A stretch of DNA of 33,688 bases from Chlorobiota bacterium (GTDB lineage Bacteria > Bacteroidota > Ignavibacteria > Ignavibacteriales > Melioribacteraceae). The stretch lies in NCBI GenBank assembly GCA_013151565.1, contig JAADIB010000055.1, positions 1 through 33,688 of the forward strand. Direction: 5' to 3'. Within the stretch, counting starts at the first letter, position 1; each line of letters starts with the position of its first letter. Below the pieces are notes generated by a model. It was not told the origin of the DNA. It made no database searches and saw only the letters and a list, made by a program, of their open reading frames with translations. This document shows, piece after piece, positions 25,679 through 33,688 of this stretch. Both the position numbers and the translations under genes were made by a program.

Positions 25679-26645
25679 CTATCAACCTAAACACTTGAAT
25701 CCTTGAATTGTAAGAATCAGCTATATATATGTTATTATCTTTATCAATCATTATGCCAGTTGGTAGCCAAAATCTTGAATTAAGTTGTCCCATTCCACCA
25801 AAATTGTATAAAAAATTCCCTTCGGAATCAAATATCTGAACAGTATGAAATAGTGCATCAACTAAATAAATATGATTATATGAATCAACTGCAATTCCTT
25901 TTGGTCGGTTAAAGTATCCTGTTGCATCACCTGCTTCACCAAAAGATCTTAAATAATTACCATCCTTATTAAAAACCTGAATTCGAAAATTCATTGCATC
26001 AACAACAAGAAGGTTTTCATTCTTATCCAAAGTTAAAAACGTAGGAAAATTAAAATTACCTTCTTCTTCACCTCGCTCACCAATAGTTCTTAAAAAATTT
26101 CCCTTGTCATCAAAAACTACAACTCTATGATTTGCAGTTTCGCTAATATAAATAAGTCCCGAAATTTTATCATAAACAATCCCTGTTGGTTTTTCTAATT
26201 TTTGAGATAATGGAAAAGTATTAAGTTCTTCTTCTTCAATATCATAAACGAAAATTTTTGATAATTTCGAATCTGTGAAAAGTATTTTGTTTTTTTTAAA
26301 TTTGCAGACACCAACAAGCGAAGGAAAAACTTTATATTCATCATTTTGTACAACTTCAAAACCATCATTAGTTACAAGTAGGGGAGTGAATCTTCCTTGG
26401 TCAAGAACAAAGTATGAATCTTCATCATATTTTACCAGGTTAAAAGGTTTAACAAGCTTTTCTTCAGTTACGCCGGCAACTAAATTTAAAAATTGAGAAA
26501 ATATTCCTTCCTCGGTTTTAACATCTTTTTCCCTACTGAAGTTCTTTATCCATTCAACAGAAAAATGGTCTCCATCTTTATCCTGCGCTGATACAGTGAT
26601 GATGGATAGAATTAGATATATATTTAGTAATATTATTCGTTTCAT
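25665..26645 (-). CDS. NHL-repeat beta-propeller protein (secreted).
   Basis: Signal peptide. Blades such as FNRPKGIAVDSYNHIYLVDALFHTVQIFDSEGN and LPTGIMIDKDNNIYIADSYNSRIQVF. 14-nt overlap with the 12-motif cytochrome gene. Confidence 0.9.
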   Translation of the reverse strand: MKRIILLNIYLILSIITVSAQDKDGDHFSVEWIKNFSREKDVKTEEGIFSQFLNLVAGVTEEKLVKPFNLVKYDEDSYFVLDQGRFTPLLVTNDGFEVVQNDEYKVFPSLVGVCKFKKNKILFTDSKLSKIFVYDIEEEELNTFPLSQKLEKPTGIVYDKISGLIYISETANHRVVVFDDKGNFLRTIGERGEEEGNFNFPTFLTLDKNENLLVVDAMNFRIQVFNKDGNYLRSFGEAGDATGYFNRPKGIAVDSYNHIYLVDALFHTVQIFDSEGNFLYNFGGMGQLNSRFWLPTGIMIDKDNNIYIADSYNSRIQVFRLIDDKK

Positions 26646-26804
26646 TTTTAATTAAATATGAGACACTTATCTTGTTAAATAGTAATTTAATCGTTTTTTA
26701 ATTATAAAGCAATTGGATTTGAAATGATTTGACGGTAATCACAATAAGTCTGAAAAAATGCGTTAAATCTATTCAATATAACTTAAGTTAAATATTATTA
26801 AAAT

Positions 26805-26837
26805 AAAACCCAACCATAATATATTGGATTGGGTTTT
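26805..26837 (-). terminator. Rho-independent terminator after the lipoprotein cytochrome gene.
   Basis: AAAACCCAACCA ... TGGATTGGGTTTT hairpin with one bulge. The minus-strand transcript ends in UUUUAUUUU. Lies about 27 nt after the stop at 26864. Confidence 0.7.
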
Positions 26838-26863
26838 CTGATAAATTAGATAAAAGAAAAAAT

Positions 26864-27715
26864 CTAAAAATCTGCTTGTTTGTTTATGTGTTTTAGTTTA
26901 TCGATAATATTTCCTTCGGCATCAACAACTGTAGAATGACAAAAAGTACACTGCTCAATTGTCCATGTTCCGGAATGACCGGTTGGTCTCGGAGTCACTA
27001 AATTTCCTTCGGCATCAATTTCTCCATGACAAGTACCGCATGCTCCTTCTTTTCCCGTAGTACTATTCCAAAGCGGATTATAACTATTGCCTTGGATATC
27101 TCCAAATTTAAAAGCACCGTGGCAATACGTGTTTGTACATGTCAAATCACTATTGAACTCAGGTGTAACATCTAAACTATCCGGATGAGCAAATTCCCCA
27201 AATTCCATTTTAGCAGGCGGGGGGGCAATATGTTCATGAACAAAGAGATCATTCCCAACTGTTTCTTTTTTATGACATTCAAAGCACCCATAATTAACGC
27301 TAACACTAGTAGTATCGTAAACATGTGTGAAATGGGCGCCGACACCTCTGGCACTGACTTCAGAATTATCTTCAAGATCAACTGGCGGGGCAATATGCTC
27401 CGGATTTGCAAAATCGCCATGACAAGTGTTGCATGCTTCTGGTCCGGCGGGTTCTGTATGACATCCTAAACAACTTTGACCCGTCGTTCCTCCTTTGTAG
27501 TCGGCAGCATGACATTGTTGGCATTCACGTAAATTAAAACTCCAGTCGTTTTCTCTAAAAACAAATTTATGGAAATTTGGAGAAGATGCATCACCAAATC
27601 CTTCGGGATGAACACCAATGGTTGGAGGCGGCACAATATTATCATTTACTTCGCTGCAGCCAATTGATAAAAAAAGGGAGATGAAAACTATCCAAATTAT
27701 TGAGACTAATTTCAT
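26864..27715 (-). CDS. Lipoprotein multihaem cytochrome c (6 CxxCH + 1 CX4CH), resembling the Geobacter-type CxxxxCH...CxxCH domain.
   Basis: Lipobox LSIGC. Motifs CQQCH, CLGCH, CNTCH, CFECH, CTNTYCHG (27119-27139), CGTCHG, CTFCH. Confidence 0.85.
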   Translation of the reverse strand: MKLVSIIWIVFISLFLSIGCSEVNDNIVPPPTIGVHPEGFGDASSPNFHKFVFRENDWSFNLRECQQCHAADYKGGTTGQSCLGCHTEPAGPEACNTCHGDFANPEHIAPPVDLEDNSEVSARGVGAHFTHVYDTTSVSVNYGCFECHKKETVGNDLFVHEHIAPPPAKMEFGEFAHPDSLDVTPEFNSDLTCTNTYCHGAFKFGDIQGNSYNPLWNSTTGKEGACGTCHGEIDAEGNLVTPRPTGHSGTWTIEQCTFCHSTVVDAEGNIIDKLKHINKQADF

Positions 27716-27856
27716 TTTATACCTTCAAATTCACAGTGTTAATTTTGTATATACTCTTAATAATTTTTTATTATAAATTGCATCCTGAACATTAAATTTA
27801 GTATGAATACATTCGGTAATAAAAACTAAAACTTAATTCATTTTGTTCAGTATTCC

Positions 27857-29074
27857 TCAATTTACTTTACTGCCATGGCAATATCCGCAGAAACCTTGTC
27901 CTGGAATTTGCGAAAGCGCTCCGGCATCCGTATGACAGTTATAACAAACTGCTCCGAAATCTCCGTGCCAATCACCTTCTTCATTATGTAAGTATCCAGT
28001 AACATGTGTTTTAGGATTCGTTCCTTTTATGCCGTCACTATCGGTGTGGCACAATATACAATTCGGATCTGCGCCTTGTGTGTCATGGCATGCAGCACAA
28101 CTTTCAATATCTCTTCTGGCAATCTCGGCATGAACGCCGCCGCCGCTGCCGACACCCAATGTAGTAAAATTAGGCTGTGTATGTGATGCGGGAACAAATC
28201 CCTCTAATGCAAAATCACCCGAGCCTTCACTGTTATGACATTCTGCACAGAACGTTTCAGTCTGATGACATGTCGCACATTCTGATGTTTTCCCTCTAGC
28301 ATCAATTCCATGATTGTATTGGTAATTTAAATCATGCACTAGAGATATCTGCTGTACATTCGTATTATCAATCAGTCTATGAGGAGAATACGGTGTATAA
28401 AAATTATCAGCAGTATTGGTTTCGTCTATCATAATAGTTCCGACATGACAAGATTCGCAGAAGTTATTGTCATGACACATTACACAATTGGCGTCTGCTT
28501 CCAGAGACATTATTTTATGTTCTTTAGTAAAATTAACTTGCTTATGATTTTCGGGAATTAAATTTGCAGTTGAAACGTGGCACTGCTCACACACATTTGT
28601 CGCTTTTGTTGTATTATCATGACATTGATAACAATCACCCATTTGGGGGAATAATGTGGGTGATTCAAATGCATAATCAACTTTATCTAAACCTTTATGA
28701 CACGATGTACATTCCAACGATTGTTCATCTATGTGTAACTTATGATTGAAATAAATTGATGATTTAACTACCGGTATCGGTTCGTAAACATTTTCATAAT
28801 GGCAATCTTCACACGTATCATCATCCTCAACATCATGGCAATCACTGCATGCTTCCATTGTAGGAGTAAGTTTATCATTTAAGGATGTACTACTTTCCAC
28901 GGCAGTATGGCATGTTTCGCAATCGATATCATTTTCAATATGAGTTTTATGCGTGAATTTAATCAAACTTGCGTGTGATGAATCTTGAATTTCAGTATCA
29001 GACATGAATGCCGTAACGCTCAGATAAACAATTCCAGCAATAAAAAGCAATATGTAAAAGTATTTTGTTTTCAT
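27857..29074 (-). CDS. Multihaem cytochrome c with 14 CxxCH motifs (c3/c7-like units) and an N-terminal signal or signal-anchor.
   Basis: N-terminus MKTKYFYILLFIAGIVYLSVTAF. 14 CxxCH motifs. Recurrent F-x-H-x-x-H ... CxxCH units. Confidence 0.9.
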   Translation of the reverse strand: MKTKYFYILLFIAGIVYLSVTAFMSDTEIQDSSHASLIKFTHKTHIENDIDCETCHTAVESSTSLNDKLTPTMEACSDCHDVEDDDTCEDCHYENVYEPIPVVKSSIYFNHKLHIDEQSLECTSCHKGLDKVDYAFESPTLFPQMGDCYQCHDNTTKATNVCEQCHVSTANLIPENHKQVNFTKEHKIMSLEADANCVMCHDNNFCESCHVGTIMIDETNTADNFYTPYSPHRLIDNTNVQQISLVHDLNYQYNHGIDARGKTSECATCHQTETFCAECHNSEGSGDFALEGFVPASHTQPNFTTLGVGSGGGVHAEIARRDIESCAACHDTQGADPNCILCHTDSDGIKGTNPKTHVTGYLHNEEGDWHGDFGAVCYNCHTDAGALSQIPGQGFCGYCHGSKVN

Positions 29075-29084
29075 TTCAGCTCTA

Positions 29085-30353
29085 TTATATGTTCACGTTA
29101 AACCAGTAATTAAGTTTGAATAACAGCCGATAATCATTCTTATAGATTTTATTATTAAAGAACTGACCTTGTAGATCAAACGACAGCACCTTAAAGGGTC
29201 GAACATTAAAACCTGCGAGTAATGAAATAATTTTACTCGTCTCTGATTCAGCAGACAATTTGTAACTCGTATAACCCAGCCCGATAGATGGAGTCAGAAG
29301 TCCCTCAAAAAAGGTTCTGGCTGTGTATAATGAAATTGCATCCAACTCGCCGGCATATCCGAAAGTCTTTCTGTAACTTATACTGCCTAAGGTTGAATTC
29401 AAACCGATTGTGAATCTTTGAGAATTATCATCTTTGTAAATAACATCTCCGAATTTTCCAACAACAGTAAGGGAGGAATTGATTTTATATTCAGCACCGC
29501 CTTCAATCTCATGAGTATTTGCAAAATCAAAGACAGCAAAGATAGAGTTATATCTTATCTTAGGCGCCCGGTAATTATAGTATAAAGAGAAACCCCAATC
29601 TTTAACATTATCGTATCTTCCGCTGAATTCAACTCTTGATGTTGTACTGAAATTCAAATCATAATCATAGCGTGCATTGAGATTAAACACTTTTGGTGAT
29701 CTGTAGGAAATCTCACCGGATGCAAACTTATACTGGTTTGAATGATTCCGGATTAAATACTGTATCGGATTTAGATTTTCATCCAGCCTTATTGTTTCAT
29801 AACCGGCAAAGGTGTAGTTCTTATCAACATAGCTCAGTGCAAACCTAAAATTTTCAACAGCAGTTATATCTAACTTTCCACTGAAAATATAATTATTCTT
29901 CCAATCATTCGTGATTTCAAATTTCTGATAAGCCGGTACGTTACCGCCGTAGAATAGATGAAGGTTATATCCTTTGTACTTGAATTTTATGTCACCGCCG
30001 TCATAAGTACCGCTCGAAACATTATTAAACAGAGAGACCCTTCCGACCTTAAATGATAAAAAGTCAAAAAGATTTCTTCCTTCGAGATACAAATTATAAA
30101 AACGAACGCGCGGATCATTTACCAATTTTTGAGCGACATCAGCTTCATAATTCACTCTTGTCTTTATAGAGAATTTACCATAATTGGCGTTCAGCATTAA
30201 GGATTGGAATGTGCGAAGATATTGGTAGGATTCCGTTATGTCATGTCGTTCAAATGAATAAACCGATGAAGAAATCCTACCATTAAAATTTTGAGCTGCA
30301 ACAAAAGTTTGAAACAATAATATGACTACAATTACTAAAAACTTAGTTTTCAT
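29085..30353 (-). CDS. Outer-membrane beta-barrel protein (422 aa) of the third porin-cytochrome module.
   Basis: Signal peptide ending VAAQ. No Cys. Alternating aromatic/hydrophilic strands. C-terminal LLFKLNYWFNVNI. Flanked by cytochrome genes with 10-20 nt gaps. Confidence 0.7.
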   Translation of the reverse strand: MKTKFLVIVVILLFQTFVAAQNFNGRISSSVYSFERHDITESYQYLRTFQSLMLNANYGKFSIKTRVNYEADVAQKLVNDPRVRFYNLYLEGRNLFDFLSFKVGRVSLFNNVSSGTYDGGDIKFKYKGYNLHLFYGGNVPAYQKFEITNDWKNNYIFSGKLDITAVENFRFALSYVDKNYTFAGYETIRLDENLNPIQYLIRNHSNQYKFASGEISYRSPKVFNLNARYDYDLNFSTTSRVEFSGRYDNVKDWGFSLYYNYRAPKIRYNSIFAVFDFANTHEIEGGAEYKINSSLTVVGKFGDVIYKDDNSQRFTIGLNSTLGSISYRKTFGYAGELDAISLYTARTFFEGLLTPSIGLGYTSYKLSAESETSKIISLLAGFNVRPFKVLSFDLQGQFFNNKIYKNDYRLLFKLNYWFNVNI

Positions 30354-30373
30354 TTTCAGCCTAATAGATTACT

Positions 30374-30940
30374 TTATTTTTTCGGGATATTGTGAGCTAT
30401 CTCTTTCCACATTTTTTTAAAATCAAATTTCTTATAACTTGGACTTTTTTTATTGTGACAAGTCTCGCATTTTTTCTGGATCGTAGCTTTATCTTTAAAG
30501 TCTGTAAGTCCGGCGGCAACAGCTTTAGCATGATCTTTCATTATGCTTTTCTTTTTATATTTGCTGCCTGCACCGTGGCATGCTTCGCACTGAACGCCAT
30601 CTTCAATTTTGAATTTCTTCCCTTTTAATGAAGCGTCAACATTGGAAGCAACCGTATGACAGGAAAGGCACTCGGGTGTTTCAACTGCTTTTGTTTTAAA
30701 GCCTTTATCCTTTGCAATTTTATCCGCTTCGGCTGTCTGTAATGTTTTGTAAGCCTTTGCATGTTTGCTGCCTTTCCAAACTTTAAGTTGGTTACCTTTT
30801 GCATCTTTTTTATGACACATACCGCAAGTTTTTACACCGACAAAATGAGGACTATCTCCGGCTAAGACGATTGAATAATTAGAAAAAGTGAAAAAGAGTG
30901 TAATAACCGTTATTAGAGAAATGCCAAATAGTTTTTTCAT
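30374..30940 (-). CDS. Lys-rich periplasmic tetrahaem cytochrome c (cytochrome c554-like fold suspected).
   Basis: Signal peptide. Motifs CGMCH, CLSCH, CEACH, CETCH. Opening block FVGVKTCGMCHKK...WKGSKHAKAY. Confidence 0.85.
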   Translation of the reverse strand: MKKLFGISLITVITLFFTFSNYSIVLAGDSPHFVGVKTCGMCHKKDAKGNQLKVWKGSKHAKAYKTLQTAEADKIAKDKGFKTKAVETPECLSCHTVASNVDASLKGKKFKIEDGVQCEACHGAGSKYKKKSIMKDHAKAVAAGLTDFKDKATIQKKCETCHNKKSPSYKKFDFKKMWKEIAHNIPKK

Positions 30941-30987
30941 GCTGCCACCTGCTAATTTGTTATGTAATGTTTAATTAAAATAATTGT

Positions 30988-31003
30988 TGCAAATAAAATG
31001 CCA
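30988..31003 (-). promoter_or_regulatory. Candidate sigma-54 (-24/-12) promoter for the third porin-cytochrome operon.
   Basis: The minus strand reads TGGCATTTTATTTGCA (GG-N10-GC), 15/16 identical to the motif at 21269-21284. The -12 element lies about 48 nt upstream of the ATG at 30940. Confidence 0.6.
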
Positions 31004-31131
31004 ATTTTTAAGTAATTATTCAATAGTAAATTTATATATTATTATATATTCGTTTTAGTCTAAAAAAGATTAATTCTTATGAAAAAAAAATTAATCGAGT
31101 AAAAAATATTGATTGAAAAAACCAATTCCAG

Positions 31132-31167
31132 TGAAACACTTCGTCTTCTGCTGAAACAAATGAAACA
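31132..31167. promoter_or_regulatory. Three direct TGAAACA heptamers, a possible upstream activator site.
   Basis: TGAAACA at 31132-31138, 31152-31158 and 31161-31167. This is 130-180 nt upstream of the candidate sigma-54 promoter, within the divergent intergenic region shared with sdhC. Confidence 0.25.
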
Positions 31168-31378
31168 GAATTACTAAAAGATCGAATCGGGTAAAAACAT
31201 AAAAATCAGTTATTGTTATACAAAAAGCAAATAAAATATTTTGTATTTCATTCCTATTTAATTTAATTTGACAAACAGAATAATAACATCTTAATTCAGT
31301 TCATATAAATTAAATGAATTTACTATTATATAAACCTCTAAAACGATTACAGACTACTAAAAATAAAGGAGGAAATTA

Positions 31379-32059
31379 ATGGGTTGGCTTTCGAAAAGCT
31401 TAAGTTCTTCCATCGGAAAGAAATTTATTATGGCATTAACCGGACTGAGTTTAATACTCTTTTTGTCGGTTCACTTAGTCAATAATTCTTTTCTATTCTT
31501 CGGTAAGGAAGGGTTTAACACGTTGGTAGGCAGTCTGGATGCGGTTAAGCCGCTGGTAAGGGTTGCTGAAATCATTTTACTTTTACTTTTTGTATACCAT
31601 ATTTATAATGGCATTAAACTCTGGTGGGAAAATTGGCAGACAAAACCGAATATGTTTGCTCGGAATAAGTATGCTATTAATGCTTCAAAAGAGAATAGTA
31701 CATTTTACTCAAGAACAATGCCTTACACAGGTGCAATTATCCTAATTTTTCTTATTACTCATCTTTCTACTTTGTGGGTACAATATAATTTTGGTATGGG
31801 CGGAACTCACGAGTATTACGATGTAATAGTAGTATTGTTTTCTTCTATTGGTAATGTTATAATTTATGTTATTACCATGATAACATTAGGGTTTCATCTT
31901 AATCATGGATTTCAAAGTGCGTTTCAAACTTTCGGATGGGAACATAAGAAATACACTCCTCTGGTAAAAGCGATTGGAACATTGATATCACTTGTCTATG
32001 CGATCGGATTTTCTTCGATACCGATTTATTTTTATATTCTTTCAATGGGAGGTAACTAA
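31379..32059 (+). CDS. sdhC: Succinate dehydrogenase/fumarate reductase cytochrome b subunit (b558-type, 5-TM family).
   Basis: GGAGG SD 6 nt upstream. Five TM helices with conserved His residues ([28 protein letters not shown]). TAATG overlap with the flavoprotein gene. Confidence 0.8.
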   Translation: MGWLSKSLSSSIGKKFIMALTGLSLILFLSVHLVNNSFLFFGKEGFNTLVGSLDAVKPLVRVAEIILLLLFVYHIYNGIKLWWENWQTKPNMFARNKYAINASKENSTFYSRTMPYTGAIILIFLITHLSTLWVQYNFGMGGTHEYYDVIVVLFSSIGNVIIYVITMITLGFHLNHGFQSAFQTFGWEHKKYTPLVKAIGTLISLVYAIGFSSIPIYFYILSMGGN

Positions 32060-33688
32060 TGGTTAAATTAGAATCAAAAGTGCCAGAAGGTAACATCTCA
32101 GAAAAATGGACTAACCATAAATTTCATATGAAACTGGTTAATCCTGCAAACAAAAGAAAATTTGATGTTATTGTTGTTGGTACCGGTTTAGCTGGTGCTG
32201 GTGCCGCTGCAACATTAGGTGAGTTAGGTTATAAGGTTAAATCTTTTACTTATCACGATTCCAGCAGAAGAGCTCATTCAATTGCCGCGCAGGGTGGAAT
32301 AAATGCTGCAAAGGATTATCAGAATGATGGTGATTCGGTTTATAGATTATTCTATGATACACTTAAGGGCGGTGACTTCCGCTCACGTGAAGCAAACACT
32401 TATAGATTAGCCGAAGTAAGCAATAATATAATTGATCAATGTGTAGCGCAAGGTGTTCCTTTCGCCCGTGAATACGGGGGCACACTTGCTAATCGTTCTT
32501 TCGGCGGCGCACAAGTTTCTAGAACTTTTTATGCGCGAGGAGAAACCGGACAGCAGTTATTGCTTGGGGCATATAGTTCGCTCAACAGACAAATAAAACT
32601 CGGTAACGTACAGATGTATCATCGCCGTGAAATGCTTGATCTTGTAATTGTTGATGGAGCGGCAAAAGGTATAACGGTAAGAAATCTGCTTACCGGCGAG
32701 ATTGAAAGTTACGCCGCTCAAGCGGTTGTCCTTGCAACAGGAGGGTACTCAAATGTATTCTTCTTATCAACAAGCGCTATGAACTCTAATGCAACCGCTG
32801 CATGGAGAGCGCATAAAAGAGGCGCTGCTTTTGCAAATCCTTGTTATACTCAGATACATCCTACTTGTCTGCCGGTTCATGGCGAAGGTCAATCAAAGCT
32901 GGTCTTGATGAGTGAGAGCTTGAGAAACGACGGCAGAATATGGGTTCCGAACAAACCGGGCGATAATAGACCTCCTTCGGAAATACCCGAAGATGAAAGA
33001 GATTATTACTTGGAAAGACGATATCCCTCATTTGGAAATTTAGCTCCCCGCGATATTTCGTCCAGAAGCGCAAAATATGCTTGTGACGAAGGGAAAGGAG
33101 TTGGAGGCGGACGTGCTGTGTATCTTGATCTTGCAGATGCAATAAAGAGGGACGGTGAAGATTCTATTCGGGAGAAGTATGGAAATCTGTTTGAAATGTA
33201 CGAGAACATCACCGGTGAAAATCCGTATAAAGTACCGATGCAGATATACCCTGCGCCTCACTACACAATGGGTGGTCTTTGGGTCGATTATAATTTGATG
33301 AGTACAATTAAGGGACTATTTGTTGCCGGTGAAGCTAACTTTTCAGATCACGGTGCAAACCGTCTAGGAGCAAGCGCTTTGATGCAAGGTCTGGCAGACG
33401 GTTATTTTATTGTTCCTTATTCAATAGGGAATTATTTCGGCAGTGAAAAACCGGATAAGGTTGATGTTAACAGGCAGGAGTTCAAAGACGCCGAAAAGTT
33501 AGTTGAAGAAAGTACTAATAAACTTCTATCAATTAATGGTAAGCAGACAGTTGATGAGATCCACAAAAGGCTAGGGCATTTGCTGATTGAAAAAGTCGGG
33601 ATGTCGCGTGACGAAGCCGGGCTTAAACAAGTTATTCATGATATAGAGAACTTGCGCGAGGAATTCTGGAATGATGTAAAAGTAGTTG
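32059..33688 (+). CDS. sdhA: Succinate dehydrogenase/fumarate reductase flavoprotein subunit, 5' partial (open at the window's right edge). Not in the supplied ORF track.
   Basis: My translation is open for 543 codons: [11 protein letters not shown]...[16 protein letters not shown]...[15 protein letters not shown] (covalent-FAD His region)...HPTC...[12 protein letters not shown]...[18 protein letters not shown]. Confidence 0.9.
   Translation, partial: MVKLESKVPEGNISEKWTNHKFHMKLVNPANKRKFDVIVVGTGLAGAGAAATLGELGYKVKSFTYHDSSRRAHSIAAQGGINAAKDYQNDGDSVYRLFYDTLKGGDFRSREANTYRLAEVSNNIIDQCVAQGVPFAREYGGTLANRSFGGAQVSRTFYARGETGQQLLLGAYSSLNRQIKLGNVQMYHRREMLDLVIVDGAAKGITVRNLLTGEIESYAAQAVVLATGGYSNVFFLSTSAMNSNATAAWRAHKRGAAFANPCYTQIHPTCLPVHGEGQSKLVLMSESLRNDGRIWVPNKPGDNRPPSEIPEDERDYYLERRYPSFGNLAPRDISSRSAKYACDEGKGVGGGRAVYLDLADAIKRDGEDSIREKYGNLFEMYENITGENPYKVPMQIYPAPHYTMGGLWVDYNLMSTIKGLFVAGEANFSDHGANRLGASALMQGLADGYFIVPYSIGNYFGSEKPDKVDVNRQEFKDAEKLVEESTNKLLSINGKQTVDEIHKRLGHLLIEKVGMSRDEAGLKQVIHDIENLREEFWNDVKVV

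Noticed and set aside
6111-30353. Labelling the three barrel/cytochrome modules as MtrCAB or OmaB/OmbB/OmcB orthologues.
   Set aside because: Only the architecture matches (barrel flanked by periplasmic and lipoprotein multihaem proteins). The haem counts (20/13, 5/15/5, 4/14/7) and barrel sizes do not match those systems, and I cannot run homology searches. I therefore kept generic porin-cytochrome calls.
31268-31296. TTGACA-N17-TTAATT, considered as a sigma-70 promoter for sdhC.
   Set aside because: The -35 is good but the -10 hexamer is poor. Hosts of this kind may use different promoter consensus sequences, so this cannot be supported from sequence alone.
32861-33261. Three minus-strand ORFs of 68-93 aa.
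   Set aside because: They are antisense to the open sdhA frame, which has unambiguous flavoprotein motifs.

Overview
AT-rich 33.7-kb window dominated by a dense extracellular-electron-transfer (EET)-type respiratory island. I found no tRNA/rRNA, CRISPR array, transposase or integrase.

Content by my own count:
- 12 c-type multihaem cytochrome genes, carrying 110 canonical CxxCH motifs plus 5 CX3CH/CX4CH variants.
- Three large outer-membrane beta-barrel genes, each embedded among cytochromes. These give three separate porin-cytochrome modules at 3494-7718 (+), 12403-19705 (-) and 26864-30940 (-).
- Two NHL-repeat beta-propeller genes.
- A 3-TM, 7-haem NapC/NirT-type (ImcH-like) quinol dehydrogenase.
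- A Rieske/cytochrome b complex with a membrane-anchored nonahaem subunit and a DUF2339-like membrane protein.
- A HisKA_3 kinase / NarL-LuxR response regulator pair co-oriented with a cytochrome operon.
- A stand-alone, separately terminated tetrahaem gene.

Edges:
- The left edge carries a PAS/sigma-54 activator. It is broken by a roughly 95%-identical inverted duplication of its own Walker-A region.
- The right edge carries sdhC plus a 5' partial sdhA. The sdhA ORF is absent from the supplied track because it runs off the window.

Most interesting points:
1. The + strand module is preceded, in the same tight gene string, by a predicted di-haem-b membrane protein and a membrane-anchored ferredoxin/FAD/NAD(P)H flavoprotein. 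This looks like a split NOX/ferric-reductase-like input that could bypass the quinone pool.
2. Three paralogous cytochromes share one N-terminal module. One of them is a monocistronic secreted tetrahaem protein, which I raise as a speculative filament candidate.
3. Two near-identical -24/-12 (sigma-54) promoter motifs and a tandem NarL-type 7-2-7 site are readable directly in the sequence.

Gene content is reminiscent of Ignavibacteria/FCB-group bacteria, but taxonomy cannot be established from this window alone.
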